Notes: generated by a model from the letters alone, not told the origin. 64,000 bases of DNA from Deltaproteobacteria bacterium (GCA_020852955.1 JADYZW010000047.1:24436-88435); one strand, 5' to 3'; shown: positions 9,152-18,963, counted from the first letter of the stretch. Program-made: numbers and translations.

Positions 9152-9219
9152 GCGCCGCCCCCGACGCCGCGCGCGTACCGGGACGGCGTCGCCCCCGGCG
9201 CCGCGCGCGTGCCGGGACG
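9152..9219. repeat. Tandem 34-bp direct repeat (2 copies, 3 mismatches) between convergent genes; each copy can form a GC hairpin
   Basis: Copy 1 is gcgccgcccccgacgccgcgcgcgtaccgggacg (9152-9185) and copy 2 is gcgtcgcccccggcgccgcgcgcgtgccgggacg (9186-9219). Copy 2 contains the stem cccggc..gccggg. Confidence 0.7.
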
Positions 9220-9225
9220 ACGCGC

Positions 9226-10257
9226 TCAGCGCAGCGCCTTGACGCGCGCGATCGCGTCCCGCCAGCGCTCCATCATCGCGGGACCGCGCTCCCAGGCCTC
9301 GGTCGCGAAGTAGACGATGAGGCACTCGGCGACGCCGCCGTACTTCTCGACCAGACGCCGCGGCAGGTCGGCCCACGTGCTCGTCACGGCGTACACGTCG
9401 AGCATCTCGTCCGTGATGGCGTCCGCCATGGCGGACAGATCGCCCTGGCGCTGAAGGCGCGTCAGGCGCTCCGAGACCCCATGCCAGCCGTGCAGCTCGA
9501 AGACGCCCTTGTACGCGGGCGTCGACCCGTAGAAGGCGATCTGGAAGCGCGCCCGCTGCCGCCACTCGGCGCGCTCCTCCTCGGTGTCGCCCACGATCGT
9601 GAAGACCGGGCAGGCGAGCGCGATCGCCTGCGGATCGCGACCGGCCTTCGCGGCGCCGGCGGCGAGGTTCGGGCGGATCACTTCGTCGAGATAGCGGCGG
9701 GAGTGGAACGGATGCACGTGCACGCCGTCGGCGACCTCGCCGCAGGCGCGCAGCATCCACGGCCTGACGGCCGCCAGGTAGATCGGCACGTCGGGATGCT
9801 CGATCGGCCCCGGACTCCACAAACCGAGGAGGTCGAAGCGGTAGAACTCGCCCCGGAAGTCGAGCCGCTCCGTCCCCTGGAACGCCCGGAAGATGGCGCG
9901 GAGCGCCAGCGCGTACTCACGCAGGCGTGCACCCGGACGATCGTAGGTCGCCGAGAAGCGGCGCTCGATGTGCGCCTTGATCTGCGTCCCGAGCCCGAGG
10001 ACGAAGCGGCCGCGGGTCACCTCGGCGAGCTCCCACGCGGCCTGCGCGGTCACCATGGGGCTCCGCGGAAACGCCGTCGCCACGGCCGTGCCGATGCGGA
10101 GCTCCGGGGCCGCGAGCGCCGACGCCACGCACGTGAGGTAGGCCGTGCGTCCCGCTTCGGCGAGCCAGAGCCCGTCGAACCCGGCGCGCGCGAGCTCCGT
10201 GGCGCGAACGCCCGCGCGGTGCAGCTCCATCCCGGCTCCGAACGCTTCGATGCGCAT
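9226..10257 (-). CDS. LLM-class (luciferase-like) F420-dependent oxidoreductase
   Basis: The sequence is luciferase-like monooxygenase in character (FDGLWLAEAGRTAYL..., FVLGLGTQIKAHIERRF, ATYDRPGARLREY). The start is ambiguous between ATG 10257, ATG 10278 and GTG 10281. Confidence 0.8.
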   Translation of the reverse strand: MRIEAFGAGMELHRAGVRATELARAGFDGLWLAEAGRTAYLTCVASALAAPELRIGTAVATAFPRSPMVTAQAAWELAEVTRGRFVLGLGTQIKAHIERRFSATYDRPGARLREYALALRAIFRAFQGTERLDFRGEFYRFDLLGLWSPGPIEHPDVPIYLAAVRPWMLRACGEVADGVHVHPFHSRRYLDEVIRPNLAAGAAKAGRDPQAIALACPVFTIVGDTEEERAEWRQRARFQIAFYGSTPAYKGVFELHGWHGVSERLTRLQRQGDLSAMADAITDEMLDVYAVTSTWADLPRRLVEKYGGVAECLIVYFATEAWERGPAMMERWRDAIARVKALR

Positions 10258-10382
10258 GGGAGGTCCCTGTAGTCGCATCACGCGCCGCCGCCAACCCGGC
10301 CGCAGGTCCCCGTGGGCGACGCGACGTTGGATGCCGCGAGCCGGTTGACGGCGACGAGCCGTCCGCGCATCGCGCGCCCGCG

Positions 10383-10500
10383 ATGTACCTCGCTTACACC
10401 CCCGAGCGGGAAGCGCTCCGCGAAGAGCTCCGCGCCTACTTCGCCACCATGATGACCCCCGAGGTCGAGACCGAGGTGGCGAACGGCGATACCGGTCGCC
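10383..10500 (+). pseudogene. Possible remnant of an acyl-CoA dehydrogenase N-terminus
   Basis: MYLAYTPEREALREELRAYFATMMTPEVETEV resembles the conserved ACAD N-terminus. The frame then degenerates into Ser/Ala/Arg low complexity and runs antisense into the ABM gene, and no ACAD core follows. Confidence 0.3.
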
Positions 10501-10615
10501 GCGGCAACGCCGGGAGCTCCTGCCGCGCGTCGTCGACGGCTCCCTCGTCCTCGCCGTCGCGTTCCTCGCCCGCCTCGGGGAGCGGATCGTGGCGGGCGGC
10601 TGAACGGCGACGCGC

Positions 10616-10978
10616 TCAGCCGCCTGCCGGCGCCGGCTCGGTCGTCTGGATGACCTCGTGGATCTCGAGCACGCTCGGCCCCGCGAACATCTCGGCCGGC
10701 GGCCGGTTGCCGTGCGCGATCCGGAACGACTCGCTGTTCGTCCAATCCCAGAACGCCTGCTCGGACTCCCAGTAGGTCTGCACCAGGTAGTAGCCCTGCT
10801 CCTGGCGCTCCTCGATCCGTCCCGTTCGATGGTCGAAGCGGCGCTGCACCGGCCGCAGCACGAGGTTCTTCACGAAGCCCGGCGAGCGGTCGATCAGGTG
10901 GGCGCGCTTCCTGAAGCGCTCCTCGAACTCGGCCTCGAAGGCCTTGGTGACGGGGATGCGGTTGGTGACGACGAACAC
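10616..10978 (-). CDS. Antibiotic-biosynthesis-monooxygenase (ABM) family protein, IsdG/HmoA-like
   Basis: 120 aa with a GTG start preceded by aaggagg. The sequence MFVVTNRIPV...FEERF...GFVKNLVLRP...YLVQTYWESEQAFWDWTNSESFRIAH has the typical ABM ferredoxin-like fold signature. Confidence 0.8.
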   Translation of the reverse strand: MFVVTNRIPVTKAFEAEFEERFRKRAHLIDRSPGFVKNLVLRPVQRRFDHRTGRIEERQEQGYYLVQTYWESEQAFWDWTNSESFRIAHGNRPPAEMFAGPSVLEIHEVIQTTEPAPAGG

Positions 10979-11003
10979 GGGAGCCTCCTTCGCTGCCGGA
11001 AAT

Positions 11004-11711
11004 CTAGGGGAGCGCGGCGAGCAACGCGCGCAGTCGCTCCATCGCGGGCCGGTGATCCTCCGCTACGAGGATGCCGCGCATGCCGAGGCGCTCGGCCGCG
11101 GCGATGTTGCCGTGGAAATCGTCGAGGAAGACCGCCCGCTCGGGCGCGCCGACGCCGAGCCGCTCGAGCGCCAGCCGGAAGATCCGCGGATCGGGCTTCC
11201 GGACGCCGACGTGCGCCGAGTCGACCACCACGTCGAAGAGCTCGTCCACCGGCAGCATGGCGCGCCAGCCGTCGCCGAACTCCCGTACGTTGTTGGTGAC
11301 GATCGCCGTCTTGACGCCGAGCGCGCGGGTGTGGCGGGCGAGCGCGATCACGTCCTCGCGGATGCTCGTATCGCGAAGCGAGCCGAGCGCCTCGAAGAGA
11401 TCGATGCGGTGGCCCGGCGCCGCGAGATCGAAGATCGCCTGGCGGGCATCGGCGAGCGACACCTCGCCGCGCTCGAGGCGGTGCCACGGATGGTCGGTGT
11501 CGCGGTCGTAGGCTCCGAAGACGATCTCGACGACGCGCTCGGGCGCGAGTCCGAGTCCGGCGGCGAACACGCGCACCGCCGCGAAGGGCGATGCCATGAA
11601 GACGCCGCCGAAGTCGAAGAGGACGGCCTGGACGGAGGGCACCGGCACATCCTCGCGGTTTCTCCGCTCCGCCTCAAGCTCCCGGCGCGCGGCGCCGGCG
11701 AAGTCGGACAT
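11004..11711 (-). CDS. HAD-superfamily hydrolase (subfamily IA)
   Basis: Start re-called at ATG 11711. HAD motif I is AVLFDFGGV, motif II is IVTNN, and motifs III/IV are VGVRKPD and FLDDFHGNI. Confidence 0.85.
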   Translation of the reverse strand: MSDFAGAARRELEAERRNREDVPVPSVQAVLFDFGGVFMASPFAAVRVFAAGLGLAPERVVEIVFGAYDRDTDHPWHRLERGEVSLADARQAIFDLAAPGHRIDLFEALGSLRDTSIREDVIALARHTRALGVKTAIVTNNVREFGDGWRAMLPVDELFDVVVDSAHVGVRKPDPRIFRLALERLGVGAPERAVFLDDFHGNIAAAERLGMRGILVAEDHRPAMERLRALLAALP

Positions 11712-11767
11712 GGTCCGCCTCGACTCGACTCCTCTCTCCGCAGCCTGCGGGGACCGGCCGATGATCG

Positions 11768-13078
11768 TCAGCGGGTCGCCGACCAGCTCCCGCTGCTGAC
11801 GATGATCGGCGGCCAGCCGAGCAGGTAGTGACCGCTCCCCGGGAAGGCGGCCATCAGCCTCCCGTCCATGACCATGCGACAGAACCCGGCGCCAGTGCCG
11901 CCGCAGCTCGCGGCCGGCGAGGTCGGATCGGCCGCGGCGTAGCGGCCTTCGAAATGCCATCGACCCCGGGGCGATACCCAGCACTCTCCGCTGGAGAACG
12001 TGCCGCGCGTCGCGCCTTGTCCATCGATGTCGCTCGTCGCGGCGCAGGTTCCGATGCCGTCCGCCGGTACGGCGAGGTCGAACGCCGCATGCGACGTCGA
12101 TCCGAGCCCGTCGGGGCTGTGCGCGAACGTGAGGACGTGGGCGCCGTTCAGCGAGGGCGGGATGCCCGCCGCGGGTCGCGCCATCGCGAACGTCACGGTG
12201 CGATCGCCGTCGTAGCCGACGTACGCGACTCCCGTCACGCGGCGCTCCGTTCCGATGATGCTCACCGTGGCGGTGGCGTTCGCCGTGAACAAGATGTCGC
12301 CGCCCAACACGAGAGAGCCGTCGAGGACGAGAGCACCGGTATCCGCGTTCGGGCCGCGAAGCGACAGGGAGTCGTAGGGGCCGAACCGGAGCACGAGACC
12401 GAGGGTGCCGGCGGACACCTCCGCGATCCTGCCGAGCGCCTCGGAGGCGCCGACCACCGGCCGCGGATCGGGACCGATCACCGCATCGTAGGTGCCGAAG
12501 AGCGATGCGGGTTCGCCATCGGGCCCGAGGATGGTCACGAGATCGGCGACGAACGCCTCGAGGAGCCGATCGAGCGTGAGCTCTCCACCGGCGCTCCCGC
12601 ACGGACCCTTGGACTCGCCCCGCGCCCAGCGGATGTCGAGCCGCCGCTCGGCCGCACCGAAGCAGGCGGTCGTGCCGGGCATGCCCCGCACGGCACGCGA
12701 TCGGCAGTGGAGGACGTCCCGCACCGCTCCGATCGCGGCACGGTGCTTCGTGGTCGCGCAGCGGGACGCATCCGTCCCGACGATCCCGAGTACGGCATCC
12801 ACGAGCTGATCCGAGCGCGTCGCGAGCGCGGCAAGATCCTGCGTACCGAGGCAGGCGACGGCATGGGCGTCGGCGCGTGCCGCGACCTTCGCGAGACAGC
12901 GATCCGGCGCACGGCCTGCGGCCACGCCGACGTGACAGCGCAGCAGGGCGCGTACGCGCCAGCTCGCGTGATCCAGGGTGTCCGAGGCGCACGTCACGTC
13001 GATCTGTGCCGATGCGGCGGAGGCCGTCAGCAGCATCGCGATCGCCGCGCCGCCAAGACCCTTCGAGACACGTCCCAT
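11768..13078 (-). CDS. Secreted hypothetical protein with paired-Cys helical N-terminal region
   Basis: Signal peptide MGRVSKGLGGAAIAMLLTASAASAQ with RBS gggaggaa upstream. Good GC3 bias. No family recognised. Confidence 0.6.
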   Translation of the reverse strand: MGRVSKGLGGAAIAMLLTASAASAQIDVTCASDTLDHASWRVRALLRCHVGVAAGRAPDRCLAKVAARADAHAVACLGTQDLAALATRSDQLVDAVLGIVGTDASRCATTKHRAAIGAVRDVLHCRSRAVRGMPGTTACFGAAERRLDIRWARGESKGPCGSAGGELTLDRLLEAFVADLVTILGPDGEPASLFGTYDAVIGPDPRPVVGASEALGRIAEVSAGTLGLVLRFGPYDSLSLRGPNADTGALVLDGSLVLGGDILFTANATATVSIIGTERRVTGVAYVGYDGDRTVTFAMARPAAGIPPSLNGAHVLTFAHSPDGLGSTSHAAFDLAVPADGIGTCAATSDIDGQGATRGTFSSGECWVSPRGRWHFEGRYAAADPTSPAASCGGTGAGFCRMVMDGRLMAAFPGSGHYLLGWPPIIVSSGSWSATR

Positions 13079-13251
13079 CGCCGTTCCTCCCGCCCCCGCG
13101 AGCAGGGCGCTCCTGCGCGTATTAGGGCGTCGGCACGCACCGACGAGTCAAGCGGAAGATCTCGAATGGCGCGCCCGGCGTCCCCCGGATCGGTCGGAAG
13201 CGCAGAGCGCTTGCGATCCGCGGATCGTACGGGGCAAGCTCGAAGTCCCCC

Positions 13252-14100
13252 ATGTGCCCGCGCCGGATCCACGTTCTCGCCGCCGTCGTCGCGCTGGTCG
13301 CCACGGCGGCAGACCCCGCCGCGTTCGGGCACGCGCCGCCGGAGGCGATCGAGGCGGAGGCGCGCGCCGCGATCGCCCGTCACCCGGCCGACGCCGACGC
13401 GCACCTCGCCGCCGGACGCATGCAGCGCGCCGCACGGGCCTGGGACGCCGCGCTCGCCGCCTTCGCGCGCGCCGCGGAGCTCGGCGCCGATCCGAGCGTC
13501 GTCGCCGTCGCCACGGGCCAGGTCTGTCTCGACGCGGGATGGCCGCGCCTCGCCGAGCGGGCGTTCACGCGCGCGCTCGAACGCACGCCGGAAGACCTCG
13601 CGGCGCGCTACGATCGCGGGCGCGCCCGCATGGCGCTCGGCGATCCCGCGGGCGCAGCACGGGACTTCGAGCGCGCGATCGCGCGCATGCGCGAGCCGCG
13701 CCCCGAGCACGTGTTCGCATGGCGCGACGCGCGCATCGCGCTCGGCGACCGCGCCGGGGCGATCCGCGTGCTCGACGCCGGCATCGCGCACCTCGGCGCC
13801 GTGCCGTCCTTGCAGCTCGCCGCGCTCGACCTCGAGCTCGCCCTCGGGCGCTACCCCGACGCGCTCCGCCGCCTCGACGCGCTCCTCGCAACCGGCGCCC
13901 AGAGCCCCGTCTGGGTCGCGCGCCGGGCCGAGGTGCTCGATCGGCTCGCACGCCGCGACGACGCGCGGCGCGAGCGCGCCCGCGCCCTCGCCATGATCGA
14001 GCGCCGGCGCCCGGAACGGCGCGGCGCCGCCTTGACCGGACTCGCCGCCGATCTCCGCCGCGATCTCGCCACCACGGAGCTTCAGGAGGATCACCCATGA
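13252..14100 (+). CDS. Secreted tetratricopeptide-repeat protein
   Basis: It has a signal peptide (MCPRRIHVLAAVVALVATAADPAAFG) and repeated Ala-rich helical pairs of TPR character. Its stop overlaps the next start (ATGA). Confidence 0.7.
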   Translation: MCPRRIHVLAAVVALVATAADPAAFGHAPPEAIEAEARAAIARHPADADAHLAAGRMQRAARAWDAALAAFARAAELGADPSVVAVATGQVCLDAGWPRLAERAFTRALERTPEDLAARYDRGRARMALGDPAGAARDFERAIARMREPRPEHVFAWRDARIALGDRAGAIRVLDAGIAHLGAVPSLQLAALDLELALGRYPDALRRLDALLATGAQSPVWVARRAEVLDRLARRDDARRERARALAMIERRRPERRGAALTGLAADLRRDLATTELQEDHP

Positions 14101-15887
14101 CGCCGACCGCCCGGCGCGTCGCCGCCCTCGCCACGACCCTGCTCATCGCGACCGCTGCGGAGGCTGCGACCGTCATCCGCGGCCCGTACCTCCAGCAGCC
14201 GACGTCGACCGGCATGATCGTGCGCTGGCGAACGGACGTCCCCACCGACAGCCGCGTGCGCTACGGCGCGGCCCCGGGGGCGCTCGGCCAGAACGTCGAC
14301 GACGCGACCGCCACCACCGAGCACGCCGTGAACGTGTCGGCGCTCTCGCCCGACACCGTCTACTACTACGCCATCGGCACGACGAGCGCGGACCTCGAAG
14401 GCGACGACGCGGCACACTTCTTCCGGACGACCCCGCTCCCCGGCGCGGTGCGGCCCATGCGCATCTGGGTCACCGGCGACGGCGGCTACGCCGACGCGAA
14501 CGGCATGGCGGTGCGGGACGCGTATGCCGCGTACAACGGCGTGAATCCGACCGACCTCTGGCTCCTCCTCGGCGACAACGCCTATCCGACCGGCAACGAC
14601 GCCAACTACCAGGCGGCGCTCTTCGACGTGCACCACGACATGCTGCGCAGCGTCCCGGTGCTCTCGACGTTCGGCAACCACGAGGCCATGGCGGGGAACT
14701 CCGCTCTCCAGACCGGCCCCTACTTCGCCATGTTCAGCTTCCCGACCGCCGGCGAGGCCGGCGGCGTGGCCTCGGGCTCCGAGGCCTATTACTCGTTCGA
14801 CTACGGCAATGTCCACTTCGTCGTCCTCGACTCGGAGCACAACGCGAAGGCGGCGGGGAGTCCGATGATGCTCTGGCTCGAGGCCGACCTGCAGGCGACG
14901 ACCGCCGACTGGGTCGTCGCGCTCTTTCACCGGCCGCCCTACAGCAAGGGCCTGCTCCACGACTCGGACGTCGAGGTCGAGGAGATCACGATGCGCACGA
15001 ACGTCGTGCCGATGCTCGAGGACTATGGCGTCGATCTCGTCCTCTGCGGACACAGCCACTCCTACGAGCGCAGCTTTCTGCTCGACGGTCACTACGGCTT
15101 CTCCGACACGTTCGAGCGCTCGGTCCACACCCGCGATGACGGCGACGGCGATCCGAACGGCAACGGCCCCTACCGCAAGCCGAGCCTCGGCCAGCGCCCG
15201 CACGACGGCGCGGTGTACGTCGTTGCCGGCAGCTCGAGCGACGTGCGCACGACGACGCTGAATCATCCGGCGCTCCCCGTCGGGCTCCTCGAGCTCGGCT
15301 CGCTTGTCCTCGACGTCGACGACCAGACGCTCTCCGCCACGTTCGTGAACGCCGCCACGCAAACCCCCGACCGCTTCCGCATCGTGAAGGGCCCCTCGTG
15401 CCCGAGCGCCCCGCACGCGGGCTGCACCGACGCCCCCAAGGGCGGCGTGGCGATCAAGAACCATCCCGTCGACGGGCGGGACAAGCTGCAATGGACGTGG
15501 CAGAACGGCACGCTCGACAGCGCGCAGATCGGCGTGCCGAGCGGCCCGCACGACGTCGCGGTCTGCCTCTACGATCAGAACGGACGCCTGCTCGGCGACG
15601 CGCTCCGGCACGGCGCCTCGGCGTGGACGGCCAAGGCGGACCGCGTGCACTACATCGAGAAGTCCGGCGCGCACGCGGGCGTCACGAGCGTGAAGGGCAC
15701 GTCGGGCGTCGGAACGGGCCGGATCCGGGTGAAGGGCGCGGGACCCTCGCTCGGCCTCGCGCCGGGCGCCGCGGCGTTCCCGCTCACGGCGCAGCTGATC
15801 AACCTCCAGAGCGGGGCCTGCTGGCAGTCGGTGTTCCCGACCTCCAGGGTGAACGACGGCGTGAAGCTCTCGGCGAAGATCCCGTGA
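14097..15887 (+). CDS. Secreted purple-acid-phosphatase-like metallophosphoesterase with extra C-terminal module
   Basis: Start re-called at ATG 14097 (caggagga RBS) with signal peptide MTPTARRVAALATTLLIATAAEA. An N-terminal PAP Ig-like domain (VIRGPYLQQPTSTGMIVRW) is followed by the metallophosphatase motifs GDGG, GDNAY, GNHE and GHSHSYER. Confidence 0.85.
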   Translation: MTPTARRVAALATTLLIATAAEAATVIRGPYLQQPTSTGMIVRWRTDVPTDSRVRYGAAPGALGQNVDDATATTEHAVNVSALSPDTVYYYAIGTTSADLEGDDAAHFFRTTPLPGAVRPMRIWVTGDGGYADANGMAVRDAYAAYNGVNPTDLWLLLGDNAYPTGNDANYQAALFDVHHDMLRSVPVLSTFGNHEAMAGNSALQTGPYFAMFSFPTAGEAGGVASGSEAYYSFDYGNVHFVVLDSEHNAKAAGSPMMLWLEADLQATTADWVVALFHRPPYSKGLLHDSDVEVEEITMRTNVVPMLEDYGVDLVLCGHSHSYERSFLLDGHYGFSDTFERSVHTRDDGDGDPNGNGPYRKPSLGQRPHDGAVYVVAGSSSDVRTTTLNHPALPVGLLELGSLVLDVDDQTLSATFVNAATQTPDRFRIVKGPSCPSAPHAGCTDAPKGGVAIKNHPVDGRDKLQWTWQNGTLDSAQIGVPSGPHDVAVCLYDQNGRLLGDALRHGASAWTAKADRVHYIEKSGAHAGVTSVKGTSGVGTGRIRVKGAGPSLGLAPGAAAFPLTAQLINLQSGACWQSVFPTSRVNDGVKLSAKIP

Positions 15888-15900
15888 GTCCGTCGCGCGT

Positions 15901-17082
15901 TCAGAGTTTCAACTGTCGCGCGGCGAGATCGCGCATGATCTCCTCGCTGCCGCCGCCGATCGCGTTGACGCGTACCTCGCGGTAGATGCGCTCGACCTTG
16001 TTGCCGCGCAGATAGCCGGCCCCGCCGAGCACCTGCATCGCCTCGCGGGCGCAATACTCCATGGTGAGCGTCGCCTGGACCTTGAGGAGCGCCAGGTCGG
16101 CGACCGGCGTCTCGCCCTGTTGCACGCGCCAGGCGCAGCTCTCGAGATAGGCCTGCGTCGCGTTCACCTGGCGGAGCATCTCCGCGATCTTGTGGCGGAT
16201 GACCTGGTGATCGGCGAGGCGCTTGCCGAAGGTGCGGCGCTCCCGCGCGTAGCGCGCGGCCTCGACGAGGCAGACGCGAGCGTAGGCGTTCGCGCTCGCC
16301 GCCAGCCCGAGCCGCTCGCCGTTGAAGTTCAGCACGATGCCGAGAAAGCCCTGGTTCTCGGCGCCGATCAGGTTCGCCGCCGGCACCCGCACCTCGTCGA
16401 AATAGAGCGCCGCCGTGTCCGACGCCCACCATCCCATCTTCTCGAGCCGCGTGCGCGACACGCCGGGACGGTCGAGCTCGATCAGGAGGAGCGAGATGCC
16501 GCCATAGCCGGGCCCGCCCGTCCGGACCGCGGCCGTCACGTAGTCGGCGCGCAGCCCGCCCGTGATGAACATCTTGCTGCCGCGCACGACGTAGTCGTCG
16601 CCGTCGCGCACGGCGCGGGTCTGGATGTTGGCGACGTCGCTGCCGGCGTCGGGCTCGGTGATGCCGAGGCAGATGTGCCGCTCGCCGGAGAGCACGCGCG
16701 CCGCCACGCGGGCCTTCAGCTCGTCGGAGCCGAGCGCGAGCACCGGCGGAAGCCCGATCGAGTGCACCATCAACGAGGCGAAGACGCCGCCCGCGCCGAT
16801 CTGGGCGGCCTCCTCGGACGTGACGATGTGGTGGAAGTGGTCGATACCGGCCGACGTGCCGCCGTACCGCTCCGGGTACCCGAGCCCGAGCAGACCGACC
16901 TCGGCCGCCTTGCCGTACAGCGCGAGCGGGATCTCTCCCGCCGCTTCCCACGCCTCGACGTACGGCGCGACCTCCTTCGCGAGCCACCGGCGGAGCACAT
17001 CGCGCCACTCCCGGTGGCTGTCGGTGTAGAAGGGCGAGGTCGGCTTCGTAGAATCGAAATCGATGACGGCGGTGGACGGCAT
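15901..17082 (-). CDS. Acyl-CoA dehydrogenase
   Basis: Start re-called at ATG 17082 (MPSTAVIDFD...). The protein is ACAD-like throughout (GITEPDAGSD, YFDEVRVPAANLIG, GGAGYLRGNKVERIYREVRVNAIGGGSEEIM). Confidence 0.9.
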   Translation of the reverse strand: MPSTAVIDFDSTKPTSPFYTDSHREWRDVLRRWLAKEVAPYVEAWEAAGEIPLALYGKAAEVGLLGLGYPERYGGTSAGIDHFHHIVTSEEAAQIGAGGVFASLMVHSIGLPPVLALGSDELKARVAARVLSGERHICLGITEPDAGSDVANIQTRAVRDGDDYVVRGSKMFITGGLRADYVTAAVRTGGPGYGGISLLLIELDRPGVSRTRLEKMGWWASDTAALYFDEVRVPAANLIGAENQGFLGIVLNFNGERLGLAASANAYARVCLVEAARYARERRTFGKRLADHQVIRHKIAEMLRQVNATQAYLESCAWRVQQGETPVADLALLKVQATLTMEYCAREAMQVLGGAGYLRGNKVERIYREVRVNAIGGGSEEIMRDLAARQLKL

Positions 17083-17224
17083 GGCGGCGGGCTCCCGTGG
17101 CGAAGGTGACCGAGCGCGGCTCGGCCGCTCCCCATAGCAGCCGGCGCCGCACGCGCGCCACATGGTGGCCCGAGCGGGAAGCCGGCGAAGCGCCCGCGCG
17201 GCGCCCCGCCGGATCGGATCCCCC

Positions 17225-17788
17225 TCAGAGCTTGCCGACGAGCTCGAGCGACGGCTTCAGCGTCTTCGATCCCTGCTGCCACTTCGCCGGACACACCTCG
17301 CCCGGATGCGCCGCGACGTACTGGGCCGCCGTCACCTTGCGCAGCAGCTCCTTGGCGTCGCGCCCGATGCCGTTATCGTGGACCTCGTAGAGCTTGATCT
17401 TGCCCTTGGGATCGACGACGAAGCTGCCGCGCAGCGCGAGGCCCTCTTCCTCGATCAGGACCTCGAAGTTGCGGGCGAGCGTCGCGGTCGGGTCGCCGAC
17501 CAGGGGATAGCGGACCTTCTTGATGGCCGGCGACGTGTCGTGCCACGCCTTGTGGGCGAAGTGGGTGTCGGTCGACACGCCGTAGACTTCGACGCCGATC
17601 TTCTTGAACTCGTCGTAGTGATCGGCCAGATCCTCGAGCTCGGTCGGGCAGACGAAGGTGAAATCGGCGGGATAGAAGACGAAGACGCTCCACTTTCCGC
17701 GGATCGACTCGTCGGATACCTGGACGAAGTCCCCCTCGTGGAACGCGGTGGCCTTGAACGGCTTGATGGTCGTGTTGATCAGCGACAT
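17225..17788 (-). CDS. ahpC: Alkyl hydroperoxide reductase subunit C (typical 2-Cys peroxiredoxin)
   Basis: Start re-called at ATG 17788 (MSLINTTIKPFKATAF). The peroxidatic Cys context is FYPADFTFVCPTE and the resolving Cys context is EVCPAKW. Confidence 0.92.
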   Translation of the reverse strand: MSLINTTIKPFKATAFHEGDFVQVSDESIRGKWSVFVFYPADFTFVCPTELEDLADHYDEFKKIGVEVYGVSTDTHFAHKAWHDTSPAIKKVRYPLVGDPTATLARNFEVLIEEEGLALRGSFVVDPKGKIKLYEVHDNGIGRDAKELLRKVTAAQYVAAHPGEVCPAKWQQGSKTLKPSLELVGKL

Positions 17789-17916
17789 CTCGATTCCTCC
17801 TCCTGGGTGATTGGTTCGGCCGGGGCCTCCCGGCGCTCTTCCTATGTGCCCCGCGAGCGCTCGACAGTCCAATCGAACGTTTTGAACTTCCGATCGCTCC
17901 CGGTTATCAGACGGAG
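17789..17916. promoter_or_regulatory. Divergent ahpC/oxyR control region
   Basis: This 128-bp gap is AT-richer than its surroundings and contains the imperfect dyad atcgaa-N10-ttccgat (about 17870-17895). Divergent ahpC-oxyR regions classically carry OxyR operators. No consensus match was verified. Confidence 0.3.
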
Positions 17917-18888
17917 GTGGTCGATCTCGGGCAGATCACCCTCACCCAGATGCGCTACGCCGTGGCGGTCGAGACGACGCGGAACTTCCGGGAAGCCGCC
18001 GCGCGCTGTCACGTGTCGCAGTCGGGCCTCAGCATGCAGCTCCGGAAGCTCGAAGATCTCCTCGGGATCGTGCTCTTCGACCGCGGCAAGAAGCCGCTCC
18101 TCGTCACCTCCGACGGCGCGACGGCGCTCGCCCAGATGCGAGCGGTCCTGCGGGAGACCGAGCGGCTCGGCCAGGTCGTCGCCGAGGGCGAGGAGCCCGC
18201 GGGACCCTTCCGGCTGGGCGTCATCCCGACGCTCTCCCCGACCGTCCTGCCGTTGTTTCTCGGACGGTTCGCCGCCGCGCACCCCCGCGTCGAGCTCGTC
18301 ATCGAGGAGCTCAAGACGGAGGAGGTCATCGCGCGCCTGCGCGCCGACACGCTCGACGCCGGCCTCGTCGCGACGCCGCTCCGGGCCCTGGGACTCCGTG
18401 AGGAGACCCTCGGCCGCGAGCGCATGCTCGCCTATCTGCCGCCGGGCGACCCGCTCCTCCGCAAGAAGGTCGTCACCCAGGCGGCGCTCAGCGTGCGCGA
18501 CCTCTGGATCATGTCGGAAGGCCACTGCTTCCGGAGCCAGGTCCTGTCCTACTGCGGGACCGAGCCGCGCCCGCACCCCTCGCGCATCCACTTCGAGAGC
18601 GGCAGCTTCCAGACGCTCGTGCGGCTCGTCGACGAAGGACTCGGCGCCACCGTGCTGCCGGAACTGGTCGTGGACGGACTCCCGGCCACGCGCCGTCGCC
18701 GGCAGGTGCGCCCGCTGGTCGCCCCGACGCCGGTCCGCGAGATCGGGCTCGTCACCGCCCGGAGCCACCTGCGGCGGCGCGTCACCGACGCGCTCATGGC
18801 GGCGATCCGGCACGGGCTCGATCAGGCGCTGCCGCCCGCGGCGCGCAGCGCCGTCGTGCTGGATCCATTGGCGCCGCCGGCCGAGTGA
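17917..18888 (+). CDS. oxyR: LysR-family hydrogen-peroxide sensor OxyR
   Basis: It has a LysR HTH (MRYAVAVETTRNFREAAARCHVSQSGLSMQLRKLEDLLG) and the redox pair GHCFRSQVLSYC, with the same C-x8-C spacing as E. coli OxyR C199/C208. It is divergent from ahpC. The GTG start is uncertain. Confidence 0.85.
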   Translation: MVDLGQITLTQMRYAVAVETTRNFREAAARCHVSQSGLSMQLRKLEDLLGIVLFDRGKKPLLVTSDGATALAQMRAVLRETERLGQVVAEGEEPAGPFRLGVIPTLSPTVLPLFLGRFAAAHPRVELVIEELKTEEVIARLRADTLDAGLVATPLRALGLREETLGRERMLAYLPPGDPLLRKKVVTQAALSVRDLWIMSEGHCFRSQVLSYCGTEPRPHPSRIHFESGSFQTLVRLVDEGLGATVLPELVVDGLPATRRRRQVRPLVAPTPVREIGLVTARSHLRRRVTDALMAAIRHGLDQALPPAARSAVVLDPLAPPAE

Positions 18889-18963
18889 CGATCGCGAGCC
18901 GCGCCGGCGCGGCTCGCGCAGCCTTGAGGCGGGCGGTGAAACTCGGCATAGCAGCTCTCGGCG

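Noticed and set aside
9152-9219. Possible CRISPR-like repeat.
   Set aside because: There are only two directly adjacent copies, with no spacers and no cas genes. It is better described as a tandem duplication or hairpin terminator.
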